The notes beneath the pieces are model-generated. The model saw nothing but the letters and a program-made list of their open reading frames with translations, made no database searches and was not told the DNA's origin. This document shows, piece by piece, positions 36,241-49,321 of a stretch of DNA of 64,000 bases (position 1 is the first letter of the stretch; each line of letters begins with the position of its first letter). Position numbers and translations under genes: made by a program. The DNA comes from Mobula birostris (Eukaryota), in NCBI RefSeq assembly GCF_030028105.1, contig NC_092380.1:20051144-20115143 (forward strand), read 5' to 3'.

Positions 36241-38652
36241 TTACTGGTGCCGCCTGGAATTCCAGGCTTACTTTACCAGCTCGAGGCTGACAATGCTCAG
36301 ACGGCCGGTCAGCATACCGAATGGACGAGTGGGGTTCTCCACAGACGCAGCCAGACCAGCTGAGTAATTCCAGCATCCACCAGATACTGAATTTGCATTC
36401 AACCCAGTCAGGCAGGGACTGGTGACCTGCTGGTCCTAGAGTTTGGCTGAGGTGATCGGCATTGTATTTTGGTGGATTTGCATTACTGCCCAAAATCTTG
36501 GTGAGATTGGGGAGGATAATTCAGTAGAGGGGCCGAATAGCCAGATTCTCTGTTATATTCACTCTCTAGGATATGCCACTAGCTGTCTTTTTAATAACCA
36601 ATTGTTTAATGTTTACTAATTATACCAGTGTAAGGTACCCAATGCAGGATTTAAGAAGTTGCCAGTAATTAGCAGAAATTAGGCAATAACATCTGAGTGT
36701 CAGAACACTCACTGGCAATGGTGGAGCCCAAGTGCAGAGGAAAGACACAAACACGAACAAATCTGCAGCTGCTGGAAAGCTGAGGCAAAACACACAAGAT
36801 GCTGGAGGAACTCAGCAGGTCGGGCAGCATCTATGGAAAGGAATAAACAGTTGACGTAAGAAAAAAAATTTGTCGGAGGGCCGCAGAGATCACAGAGGGG
36901 GAGCAGTGAGAGAGGATTTCACTGAACTCCCGTCAAAGAGAAGATTTAAACTTTTCCAGGGTAGGCATCCTCCCCACTCCTTCTTGCTCTGACTTCTCAT
37001 CTTTTTTTTCCAGTCCTGATGGAGGGTTTCGGCCCAAAACGTCAATTGTTTATTCATTTCCTTAGATGCTGCCTGGCCTGCTGAGTTCCTCTGGCATTCT
37101 GTGTGATTTGCAGAGGAAAGACAGACTCCGTTGTAGAGAGGGCGACCAGAGTTTATTCATAAGAATTCCAACAGAACAGCTGAGCGACACCGTGAGGCAT
37201 TACATTCTCAAAACTAGGACCCCGCGATTAGCATGAATTGGGCGTCCGCTTAAATAATACCAGTAAAACAGATTCCCTGAACCTATCAAAGGAAACAAGT
37301 TTAAACAGAAAGCATCAGGAGACGGCAGTATGAAGAGTGAGTCATCCAAGAAAACAAGCAAATCTAAACACGAGGAAATCTGCAGATGCTGGAAATTCAA
37401 GCAACACACATAAAAGTTGCTGGTGAACGCAGCAGGCCAGGCAGCATCTCTAGGAAGAGGTACAGTCGACGTTTCAGGCCGAGACGCTTCATCAGGACTA
37501 ACTGAAAAAAGAGCTAGTAAGAGATCTTACTAGATTAACATTTAGATTAAATCTAAATGATTAAGAACACTTATTGAACAACAATTAACCAATTCCGGTG
37601 CTTTGAAAACCTCAAAGGCACGAAGAACTCATTACACTGAGTATTTTAGAAGGGTAGCTAACGTCGCAGTCCACCTGTGTGTAAACTTCATGCCTGGCCC
37701 TAACATAATGCTACCCCAGCACGAGCAAAGGTGGCCCCTGCCCAACGACAGGTTTTTACTTCCACACCCAGCCTGATCACCCCTGTAAATCTGTCCATCT
37801 CAAGCACATAGTGTGCATTCAGTCACGGTGAACAAATCGCCCTGAGCCAGATAAAGAAATGAACCAGATTAACACAGAACCTTAATATTTTATCAGGATA
37901 TACACATCATCTGACCAGAGTCCAACGCACACAAGTTTATTATCACCACATGTACTGAGATACAATGAAAAGCTTTTGTTTGTGTCTCCTCCTGACAGAG
38001 CATTCTATACCTAAGTACATCGAGGTAGTACAAATGGAAAACAGAATGCGGAACATAGTTGTGACAAGAGACCTAGGCGAGGATGGTTAAGGGCTGGAGT
38101 ATCCGAGACTATAATCGAGACCTGAGACATGATACAATACTGAAATAAGGCCAGGGTCCTAAACTAGACACTAGACGAGAATCCAAGTAGATGCTGATCT
38201 GAACTGGGGTTTGGTGCTCAATCGTCAGCTCTACTTGGATTTTAAGTATTAAAATCCTGGCACGAAAACATATGCCACCAATTAGCGGATGGGACTGAGT
38301 TTTTAAAGGGGCCACACCAGCTATGCATATTCTGGAGAGCTGGAGCTCCTAAACCTAACAATAATGTTACGTTATAGAAACAGTGCACTGGAGATAGATG
38401 TTTAAAGTGCAAAGTAGACTGAGAGATCATGAACACAGAAGTAGTCTTTCATCATTGTCCTGATGAAGGGTCTTGGCTGAAACACCAGCTCTTCATTCAT
38501 CTTCATAGATGCTACCTGACCTGCTGAGTTCCTTCGGCATTTTGTGTGTGTTCTGTTAGATTGGGAGATCAGGGATTTTAATGCATGAGAGGTCTGTTCA
38601 AGAGCACGATAAAAGCTGCACACGTGCTTGAAGCTGCTCTCGAGCTTTTATA

Positions 38653-39161
38653 CAGTACTGTGCAAAAGTCATCGGCACCCGAGATATTTTATATGGTTTC
38701 TGATGGTGTGGCCTCCAGAGAGGCCTGATCTCAACATTGCCGAGGCTGTCTGGGATTACCTGGAGAGACAGAAGCAAGCGAGACAGCCAAAGCCTGCAAA
38801 AGAACTATGGCAAGTTTCCAAGATGCTTGGAACGACCAACCGGCTGATTTTTTTATAAAACTACATGACAGAGTACCTAAGAGAATTGATGCAGTTTTAA
38901 AGGGTGACTATCCTGCCAAAGGGTTTGGGCCCGAAACGGTGACTGTACTTTTTTCCATAGATGCTGCCTGGCCTGCTGAATTCCTCCAGCATTTGTGTGT
39001 GTTACACCAAACAGTGATTTGATTTAGTTTTTTTTTTTCGCTGTTTACTGCTCTATATAGTTTTTTTGTGTTTAGAAACTTCTCATTTCATTATTTTGAT
39101 AATAGTGAAATACACTTTACATAATTTTTTTACATGTGCCTAAGACTTTTGCACAGTTCTG
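38653..39161 (+). mobile_element. Tc1-derived deleted DNA transposon with Penelope-end insertion
   Basis: TA-flanked TIRs CAGTACTGTGCAAAAGTC / GACTTTTGCACAGTTCTG. Internal WPPERPDLNIAEAVWDYLE matches the Tc1 transposase C-terminal motif. Confidence 0.85.
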
Positions 39162-39301
39162 TAACTTCTGCCCAATGGGAGAACAAGGAGAGAGTCGGGG
39201 ATTGTCAGATAGCTATGTCAGAGGCCCTGTTGTAAATGTAACGACTGCTCTTTACCTTCACGTTCCACTAATGGGATTGTTCTGCGCTCCATTTCCCACA
39301 G

Positions 39302-39664
39302 GTGTGCAGTGTAGTTACCTGATCATCCAGCCAGCTCTATCCCAGCCGGTTCGGCTGGGAGACACAGTGACCCTGACATGTCTCATGCGGCATAAGAGCT
39401 TCACCGTATACAGCAACGTGTACTGGATGCGGCAACAGAACGGGAAGGCCCCCACGCTGTTGGCGTATTCGTTTCTCAACTCCAGGCAGACCTTCCTGTC
39501 TGACGGGCTTTCGAACACTTCATCCTTCAACGTGTCGGTGAACAGCCAGAGCTTAAACCTAACCATAAACAGAGTGACTCCCTCGGACGCTGGCATTTAT
39601 CTCTGTGCAGGCTGGAGTTTAGGGAAATTGTCCTTCGGAAATGGAACCAAGTTGACCCTGACAG
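39302..39664 (+). CDS. Gene 2 exon 2: Ig V domain with germline-joined J-like segment
   Basis: Acceptor ccatttcccacag|GT and donor ACAG|GTAAAT give a 363-bp phase 1-1 exon. Translation VQCSYLIIQPALSQPVRLGDTVTLTC...VYWMRQQNGKAP...LNLTINRVTPSDAGIYLCAGWSLGKLSFGNGTKLTLT. Confidence 0.95.
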
Positions 39665-41668
39665 GTAAATATTTTATTCTGTGACAGGGCAAAATAGTGA
39701 GCATGAAACCAGGGTTAAATGCTAGGGGACATTGTTTAAGGTGAGTAGGGGAAAGTTTAAAGGAGATGTTCAGAGAGCAAGTTTTCACACAATGCTTGGG
39801 GCCTGGAACAGGCTGCTAGAGGTAATGGTAGAAACGGAGACAATATCAGCATTTAAGAAGCTGCTAGACAGACGCATGAACATGCAGGAAACGGAGGGAG
39901 ATAGAAGAAACTTACTTTAATTTGGCATCATGTTCGCCAGCGTTATGATGGGCCGAAGGGTCTGTACAGTGTTGTGCTGTTCTCTGTTCTGTTCCCTACA
40001 ATGTGACTGCAGTATTTGATAGGGCAGAGTTTTAGAAATCAGTGTCCTGAGGTCACTCCTGGGCATACAGTACTGTGCAAAAGTCTTAGGCACATATTGT
40101 ATAGGTATAGCTATGGTGCCTCAGACTTTTGCACACTACTGTAGTCATTTGATGTATTGGAATGTACTGTTGCCACAAAAACAGATTTCATGACATACGT
40201 GAGTGATGATAAACCTGATTCAGATATGGGTCTCTATTGTGGACTGAGAGTGGGAAGGGGGGGAAGGGAGCGGAAAGCACCAGAGAGACATTCTGTAATG
40301 ATCAATAAGCTAATTGTTTAGAACCAAGTGGCCTTGCCTGGCATCTCGGCACTGGGCATGTTAGCATCTGCGTAATCCCCTACCCCTGACACTCATTCTC
40401 TGCCACCTGTCCCACACCCGTCCCACGGTGCTCCACCCTCACCATTCCCAAAATCCTGTCCTCCCACCAGATACCTTAGGCATCCTAGCTATATATATGT
40501 GCCTAGGACTTTTGCACAGTACTTTGAGAGGTATTTCAGCTTATAGAAGGCAGGAGGTATATTGAGGATTGCCCAGTGCCTTGGGATTGAAATGAACAGC
40601 AGAGCAAATCAAAAGCCATTGACTGTGGACTGATGGGAGGGCACCAGGTTTGGATTCAGACTGAATTCAGGGTCCTGTCATCGGCTAGGCCCGGGGTCCA
40701 TACCGAACGCCGAAGCCCAAAGCTTGATCAGAAGTCTGAGAGTGCAGTCCAATGCCTGGAGGCCTGTGTCTACAAGTCTGAAGTTCGCTGGGTCAGTCAG
40801 CGGCCCATTGTCTGCAAATCTGCTGGAGACCCAGAGCGGCACGTGTGTGTGTGTGTGTGTGTGAGAGAGAGGGGAGGGGAGAGGGGGAGGGAGGAAAGCG
40901 TTGTTGTCATTTTGTTGCTTACTGTGTTCTCTGTTGTTCTGCCAAACATTGTTGGCACCAGAATGTGTGGCCGTTAGTTGTGTTGGTTGTTAATAAAAGC
41001 AATACATTTTACTCTGTTTCGATGCACATAAATCTGAATTTCGGTGGACTGCAGGAGTGCTGTCTATAGAGCGTTGAAAGGGCAGTAGAGCTACCAAGTG
41101 ATTCCCTGTGCGGTGATCTATAGGAAAATCAATGAGGCTAGAGAGTCCGCACCTTGGGTGGGCATCTTCCGTTTGCACACAAAAGGTAGGGCCCTAGGGA
41201 GCACTGGGGAACAGAAGGATCTCAGTATATACTGTAAATTCAAAGATCCCTGACACGATGGCTCAGTACTGTATTTGTCAATGTGGAACGGAGAGCGAGT
41301 TTGTAAATCCGGTGGGAGCAAAGGGTGTTGGGAATGGCCAGGGCGAAGTGCCGCGGGAAGTGTATGGGGGCAGCTGGCAGAGAAGGAGTGCCGGCATGGG
41401 CGTGGGTAGCATATGTGCAGATACACCCAGTCCTGAGTCACCAGGCAACGTGATTTGATTCCAGACCATTGGTTTAATGATCATTACAGAATGTCTCTAC
41501 GGTGCTTCCTGCTCCCTCCCCTCTCCCAAACATGATTCCCCACCCCCTCCCCCTTTCCCACTCTCAGTCCACAAGAGACCCCTACCAGAATCAGGTTTAT
41601 CATCGCTCACATATGTCATGAAATCTGTTTTGTGTGGCAGGAGTACAGTGTAATACATAAAATTACTA

Positions 41669-41704
41669 CAGTACTGTGCAAAAGCCTTAGGCACCCTAGC
41701 TATA

Positions 41705-41786
<82 letters not shown>

Positions 41787-41803
41787 ACTTTTACACAGAA
41801 CTG
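41669..41803. repeat. Tc1 TIR-only MITE containing an expanded (TG)n microsatellite
   Basis: Both TIRs are present, with an uninterrupted TG dinucleotide run at about 41718-41783. Confidence 0.75.
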
Positions 41804-42639
41804 GTGAAGAAGCCATATGGGATACTTACCTTCATTAGCTGAGGCACTGGGAGTACTGTATCTGGACACCATGCTTTGGGAAGGACTTGATTGCAATGGA
41901 AGGGGTTAACCAGGATGATGCCTGAATTGGCATGTTTTAGTCACGAAAAGAGACTGGGTAGAGGAGGCTGGTGAAAAACCAGGTGCAGGTATACAAAATT
42001 GTGAGAGGCATAGATAGAGCGAATTGTGAGAAATCTCTCCCCATGCCAGAGGTGTCTAACCCCAGTTAGCATAAGTCTGTGAGGGGACCTGAGGAGATTT
42101 TATTTTCATCCAGAAGGAAGTGAAGTGGAGAGTGTAACAATATTTAGGAAGAATTTGGACAAGTATTTGAATTGCCATATAGTGGGCTACAGATAAATGC
42201 TGGTAAAAGGAATTGGTGTGGAAAAGGGACTGATTGAGATGGCGGGCTGATGCGCTGTTTCTATGCTGTGGATTCCATGGTACTGAATCTTCCAAGAGAA
42301 ACAATGGATGCATTCAGCAATAGTTCATTAATAGGAACCATTTTCTGACAGGTGCCAGAAAACAACATTCTGACCTAAAATAAATAACTCATTCGCATAT
42401 AAAATAGAAGTAAGAAACATCCATTTAGCCTGCACCATCATTGAGTGGATCAAGGCCGATCTGTTACCTCAGCGACACTTTCTTGCACTGAGCTCATCCT
42501 ATCGCAGAATGTATTGATCTGTGTAGTGACAATACGCCTAACTGGGGCCCCACTGCCCTCCTGTGTACAGAATACCAAAGGTTCACTGCCATATTTCTCC
42601 TCAGCAAAGCCCAGTATCAAGTCTGTGTAGACCACAAGA

Positions 42640-43960
42640 CCATAAGACCATAAGACAAAGGAGCAGAAGTTGGCCATTCGGCCCATTGAGTCTGCTCCGC
42701 CATTTTATCATGAGCTGATCCATTCTCCCATTTAGTCCCACTCCCCTGCCTTCTCACCATAACCTTTGATGCCCTGGCTACCCAGATACCTATCAACCTC
42801 TGCCTTAAATACACCCAATGCCTTGGCCTCCACTGCTGCCCATGGCAACAAATTCCATAGATTCACCACCCTCTAACTAAAAAAATTTCTTCACATTTCT
42901 GTTCTGATTGGGCGCCCTTCAATCCTTAAGTCATGCCCTCTCGTACTAGACTCCCCCATCATGGGAAACAACTTTGCCACATCCACTCTGTCCATGCCTT
43001 TCAACATTCGAAATGTTTCTATGAGGTCTCCCCTCATTCTTCTAAACTCCAAGGAATACAGTCCAAGAGCGGACAAACGTTCCTCATATGTTAACCCTCT
43101 CATTCCTGAGATCATTCTAGTGAATCTTCTCTATACCCTCTCCAACATCAGCACATCCTTTCTTAAATAAGGAGACCAAAACTGCCCACAGTACTCCAAG
43201 TGAGGTCTCACCAGTGCCTTATAGAACCTCAACATCACATCCCTGCTCCTATAGTCTATTCCTCTAGAAATGAATGCCAACATTGCGTTCGCCTTCTTCA
43301 CCACCGACTCAACCTGGAGGTTAACCTTAAGGGTATCCTGTACGAGGACTCCCAAGTCCCATTGCATCTCTGAACTTTGAATTATTTCCCCATTTAAATA
43401 ATAGTCTGCCCATTTATTTCTTCTGCCTAAGTGTATAACCATACACTTTCCAACATTGTATTTCATTTACCACTTCTTTGCCCATTCTTCCAATCTATCC
43501 AAGTCTCTCTGCAGACTCTCCGTTTCCTCAGCACTACCGGCCCCTCCACCTATCTTCGTATCGTCAGCAAACTTAGCCACAAAGGCATCTATTCCATAAT
43601 CCAAATCATTGATGTGCAATGTAAAAAGAAGCGGCCCCAACACGGACCCCTGTGGAACACCACTGGTAACCGGCAGCCAACCAGAATAGGATCCCTTTAT
43701 TCCCACTCTCTGTTTCCTGCCAATCAGCCAACGCTCTATCCACATATGTAACTTTCCCGTAATTCCATGGGCTCTTATCTTGTTAAGTAGCCTCATGTGT
43801 GGCACCTTGTCAAAGGCCTTCTGAAAATCCAAATATACAACATCCACTGCATCTCCCTTGTCTAGCCTACTGGTAATTTCCTCAAAAAATTGTAATAGGT
43901 TTGTCAGGCAGGATTTTCCTTTAAGAAATCCATGCTGAGTTCTGCCTATCTTGTCATATG
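42640..43960 (-). mobile_element. CR1 LINE, 5'-truncated, RT domain to 3' end
   Basis: DVVYLDFQKAFDKVPH, SGVPQGSVLGP, KFADDTK, FYKALVRPHLEYC, RGDLIETFRML; (TCTTATGG)n-type tail. Confidence 0.93.
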
Positions 43961-45769
43961 CCTCCAGGTACTCTGTACTTTAATCTTTTTTGTGACATCT
44001 TATTGCAGTTCATATGCACCGCATCACCAGGCCTGTTCTAATGTACTGTATTGTCAAGCATGATTTCCCTTTCATCAATCCTTGTTGACTCTGCCCAATC
44101 CTCTTATATGTTCTGTATCAATTTTTTCTTTATCAACTCTTCCAATCTCCCCACTGCTAAAGTTAGGCTAACTTTAGTCTATTGCATTGACCCGCTTCCA
44201 CTCTGTGGGCAACATGCTACAGTCTCTGGAGTGTTGGCAGATGACAACCAATGGGCTGACTACCTTCATCGCCACCTCTTTCAAAACCCTTAGGATGCAG
44301 GTCATAACGTCTACAGATGTACCGGGGAGAGAATTCTAATTGGTTGCATCGCTGTCTAATATAGGAGATGGAGGGGGGGCGCTACTGCTCGGGATCGAAG
44401 TAAGCTGCAGAGAGTGGTAAACTTAGTCAGCTTCATGGCCATTAGCCTCTGTAGTACTCAGGACACCTTTAAGCAGTGGTGCCTCAGAAGGGTGGTGCCC
44501 ATCATTAAGGATCTCCATCACCCAGATTACGCCCTGTTCTCATTGTTACCATCAGGAAGGAGGTGCAGGAGCCTGAAGGCGCACACTCAGCGATTCAGTA
44601 ACAGCTTCTTCCCCTCTGCTGCCTGATTTCTGAATGGACATTGAACCCATGAACACTACCTCACTACTTTTTTCTTTCAATTTTTCCACTACTTATTTAA
44701 TTTAACAATTTCATGTATACTTAATGTAATTCACGATTTTTTTCTCTATTATTATGTATTGCATTGTACTGCTGCTACAAAGTCAACAAATTTCATGACA
44801 TATGCCGGTGATATTAAACCTGATTCTGATTCTGACTGCGAGTTTTTCCTGCATGTTTTTGCTCTGCCCGTGTTTCAAGGATGCATGGGTCAGTAAGCTG
44901 TCCCTAGTGTGAAGTGGAGTGGTAAAATCAAGGGAGGGGAAGCAGTGTACTTGACAGGAATGTGGGAGAATCAAATGGGATTTTGGTGCAACAGGATGCT
45001 TTATTGTCAGCATAGACTAGTCGGCCTAAAGGCCATTTCCTGAGCTCTTATATTTACAAATTCAAATAATAAAGAATATTTTTGGGACAAAATATATAGG
45101 CCCTGCTACTGATTTCCTGTGATCAACTCAATCTCTGATGTCGTCTGCGCACTTCCCAAAATGCTCTTCAGCCAGTGAGGCCACTTGGAAATGTTACTCA
45201 AGACTTAAGCGGTTTCATTTCACCTCGACTTCTCTTCAGTCTCCATTGATGCACTGATTGTAGGTTTCAGTCTACACTGTTCAGTGTTTTGACCAGCCAC
45301 CCAGATCATGACATCAAATCAAGATCCATTCGGACCTCAGAGGAGTATATAAGCCGGCATTCCGAGGAGACAACACCCTAAACTGTGCAACGATGGCTTC
45401 TCGGTTGGAGCCGAAATTTCTGCAAACATTTTGCCAAGTTCAGCAATCAACCAAACTTTCAGTCATTGAGTTTTGTAGCAACAAGCAATCCGCTGGAGGA
45501 ACTCAGCCGATCAAGCTGTGTCTGTGGTGGGGGAGAATTGTTTCAGGTCAGGAATGTGTCTCCACTGAACTTTGTGCTGGGGACTTCTTTACAAATTCAC
45601 ATTTCAAGTGATTGAGGAAATTGTTCATGTAGCAGATTGTGATCAGGAATGCATCACCTCAAAGGCTGGTATAATAGTAATCATTAAAGAATCAAAACTC
45701 ATGGGTGTTTTTAGAATAAATTGCAGAGAGGGATTAAATGGAAAGTTCTAGAAGGTTTTAATGTGGTCT

Positions 45770-46140
45770 TCTGCTGCCGTAGCTCATCCACTTCAAGGTT
45801 TGACATGCTGTGCATTCAGAGCTGCTTTTCTGCACACCACTGTCATAATGTGTGGTTATTTGAGTCACTGTCACCTTCCTGTCAGCTTGAATCAGACTGG
45901 CCATTTCTCCTCTGACCTCTCTTTTTCACCCAAAGAACTGCCACTCACTGGATGCGTATTTTTTTTTTTTTGCTTTTCATGCCATTCTCTGTAAACCCTG
46001 GAGACTGTTGTGCGTGGAAATCCCAGGAGATCAGCAGTTTCTGAGATACGCAAACCACCTCGTCCAGCACCAGCGATCACTAAATTGTTATGGTTTCTTA
46101 GACCACATTTCTTCCCCATTGTGATGTTCGGTCTGAACAA
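45770..46140 (-). mobile_element. Tc1 transposase N-terminal fragment
   Basis: MGKKCGL...GRGGLRISETADLLGFPRTTVSRVYREW. Its 5' part appears at about 46820-46925. Confidence 0.8.
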
Positions 46141-46169
46141 CAAAAACTCTTTTTTTTCCTTCTGACTTT

Positions 46170-46790
46170 CTGTGGTGGTTGGCAGTCCAACTTAAAGGTG
46201 CATTACCACCACCAAGCGAACTGGAATGTGGTGTAGAGAGGTGGGAAATAAAACCCTTACTGCTTCTCTTTCAAATGAAGGCTAAATAACCCCAAAGAGC
46301 CCTACAGACTGTAAGTAATGACAGATGACACTGTCTTAAAGTTTTTAAATGAAAACTATCAACCACCAAATATTGTAATGAAGTCCACATTTGGTTTCTT
46401 TCAATCTTATATGATTCAATTGTAGAAGTATATGTTCAATTGTTTCATAGTGATGACAAAGCTTACACAATCCAAAATGACATTTTCCAAAAAGATACAA
46501 GGAATAACTAAGCATAGTATGCTCAGTTCTAATTCGTGTCAAAATAATTCTTTCCCTTTTTGTTTGACCGCCCCCCCCCCATAAACACAACAGTTTTGTG
46601 TATTCTGTAAAGATATCCCCTTAGGCCCATTATCGCACAGGCCTTGCCATAACCCCCTAATCTTAAGCCGACCAACCCTTTAGCTTCTGATTTACTAGGT
46701 GGAAGGTCTATTCCCAAAAATATGGAACACTTCATGAATTTGCATGTCATCCTTGCACAGGGGCCTTGCTAATCTTCTCCGTATCATTCC
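46170..46790 (-). mobile_element. I-clade (Nimb-like) LINE 3' fragment
   Basis: RIILTRIRTEHTMLSYSLYLFGKCHFGLCKLCHHYETIEHIL resembles the I-group C-terminal zinc knuckle; 3' motif GGTGGTGGTAATGCACC. Confidence 0.65.
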
Positions 46791-49145
46791 AATTCTAGTA
46801 GATGTGCTGCCAGAGGGAGGCACACTGGACCTCTTGACCACGTCTGCATGCTTTTATGCATCTAATGACTGGCTGATTAGATATTTGCACTAACAAGCAG
46901 GTGTACCCACTCTTGAGTGTGGAATGCATTTGAACCACTCTTCTTACAACAATGATAAATATTACAGTGCATGTCAATGAAATACTCTGCGTGTACGTGG
47001 AAGTATTTTGGCTGCATGACCCAGTTCCACAAGTTCCAGCAGGTCCCTGAAATTTGTTGTGTTTCAGTAGAAACTTTGCATTGGTCGCGCCTGCATAAAA
47101 AGTCATCTCTTCATACGCATACATTATACAGATAATCAACACTGAGTGGGCTGGAACAACATGGAGTAAACTGAGCCCACATTGGGTAAACATTTATGCC
47201 ATCCAGATGGCATTAACATCAATTTCTCAAATCTCTGGAAATCGGCCTCCCACCTCCTCTCCCTCACCGTTCCCCATTCCTGTTTCCCTCTCTTGCCTTA
47301 TCTCCTTACCTGCCCATCACCTCCCTCTGGTGCTCCTCCCCCTTCCCTTTCTTCTCAATAGGTTCAATTTAATGTCAGAGAAATAACTAACAATATACAT
47401 TCTGAAATTTCTTTTCTTTGCAAACATGGATGAAAACAGAGGGGTGCCCCAAAGAACGAGAGTTGAACATTAGAACCCCAAAGCCCCCCCAGCTCCCCCC
47501 TCCCATGCATAAGCAGCAGCAAAGCGACGACCCCCCCCACCAGGAAAAAAGCATCTGCACCCCCCACCGAGCACTCAAGCATGCAGCAAAGCATCAATAA
47601 AGACACAGACTTGCAGTACCCCAAAGACTGCTCGCTCACCCGGTAATTCGACATACCATAGGCTCTCTCTCTCACTAATAAGGGAGAAAGAAGTGTTCTC
47701 ATTTCACAGCAAGAGGGGAGACATAACAAAATAGCTCGCCAATTTATGGTGTTAAAAGTCTATTGCATCGCTTTTTCCAAGCTCTGTGCCTTAAGACCTC
47801 GGTTCTCTGGGCACACAGCCAACAGCCAGCTCGCTGCTTACAATCTTCCATCTCCCACGACACGATCTTCTGTCCTCTCTGTCCTTCTCCAGCCCTTTAT
47901 CCCTTTCACCAATCAACTTCCCAGCTCTTCACCATCTTCCCCTCAACCCCCAGTTTCACCCTTCACCTGCTACCTTGTACTACTTCCTCCCCTTCCCCAC
48001 CTTCCTAGTCTGACTCTTTCCCCCTTCCTTTCCAGTCCTGAAGAAGGATCTCGGCCCAAAGCATTGACTGTTTACTCTTTTCCATAGATGCCGCCTGGCC
48101 TGCTGACTTCCTCCAGCATTCTGTGTGTGTTACTTTGGATTTCCGGCACCTGCAGGTTTTTTGTGTGTTTGGATAAACTAGATGTGTGTTTGGGAGACTA
48201 GGTGTGCATCGCATGTGTTTGGGAGGTGTGCATTAACTGCTTTGAGTTGTACTCCAGAGAGCGCGAAGCGCAGAATCCAATATCGCTGTGATGATTGCAT
48301 GCTCTAGTATCAATTGTTTGGCGACAATAAAGTAAAATAAATGAAGTTAAAGTTAACTGTGTTTGAGAGTGGGGTAAATGTTCAGGTAAGCTGGATCTGT
48401 GCTTGAGAGGTTGGGCGCGTGTTCTCTGAACTTGATCTGTTTTTCTCTGGAGTTCAGGAGGGTAAACTTGGTTATCATTGAAGGATGCAAATATTTTTAC
48501 AAAGCTGGATGGAGGAGATGTTGGAAATGCACTTTGCTTCGATTCAGAAACGTTCAAGTGATAGTGTCAGGATGCAGAAGAGCTAATTAGGGTGGAACAA
48601 TGCTGAGTTGCAAAATGTGTGTGTGTGTTGGTATAATTGGAGAGCATCTAACATTACATGTATGGAAAGCTAAAAGAATCAGGTATCACTAACACCAGAT
48701 CACCAACACTGCTCTTACCTAATTGAAGGCAAAAATTGTTGAAAATACTCAGCAGTTCAGGCAGCAATTATGGGGGAAAGGGCTGTGTTACGTGCCAGGT
48801 CAGTGACACTCCATCAGGGCATTGATCTCAAATAGTTCATGTTCGTCTTTCCCAATCCTTGTGTGTCTCCATCCGTGGATTTTCAGCTTCGGCCATTTTT
48901 GAGGAAATCCATGATTTCTGACCCAGTGAAAATCTACAGTTTCAGCAGAAGTACAAGAGTCTGCAGACGCGGGAACTTGGAGCAGGACCCAGCGTGGCGA
49001 CTGTCCCTCTGCCTCCACGGATGCTGCTGGACTGGCCGAGTTCCCCCCGCAGTCTGGCAGCCGTCTGGAGCGGCGGCCCCTCCCGGGCGGTGTCGGGCTC
49101 GTCTGTCTGTGAACCGCTCGGTAACGGCTCGCGTTTGCTTTACAG

Positions 49146-49307
49146 GCTTCAGCAGCGCGCCGCCCCCGACCAGCAGCAGTGCCGCCGGCACCGGTTCGCC
49201 GCAGTGCTGGCCGCTGTCCTCCCTGACCATGGGCCTGCTGGTGCTGACCGCCGTCTCCCTGCTGGTGCTGCTGGCGGCCCTCGTCTACATCACCCGGCGA
49301 AAGACAG
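49146..49307 (+). CDS. Gene 2 exon 3: S/P/T-rich hinge, membrane-proximal Cys and transmembrane helix
   Basis: Acceptor gtttgctttacag|GC and donor ACAG|GTGGGT give a 162-bp phase 1-1 exon, GC-rich and coding-like. Translation GFSSAPPPTSSSAAGTGSPQCWPLSSLTMGLLVLTAVSLLVLLAALVYITRRKT has an uncharged TM followed by basic stop-transfer residues. Confidence 0.88.
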
Positions 49308-49321
49308 GTGGGTCTCTCCAC

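Noticed and set aside
39136-39301. N-terminal part of the 182-aa track ORF
   Set aside because: Intron and Tc1 TIR sequence upstream of the true acceptor at 39301.
10003-39664. Recombination signal sequences or a rearranging TCR/Ig locus
   Set aside because: No CACAGTG-12/23-ACAAAAACC arrangement seen next to either V exon, the J motifs are already in frame, and no D, J or C segments were found.
48839-49145. Open frame upstream of the hinge/TM exon, as a possible C domain
   Set aside because: No Ig C motif, and upstream acceptors give stops in phase 1.
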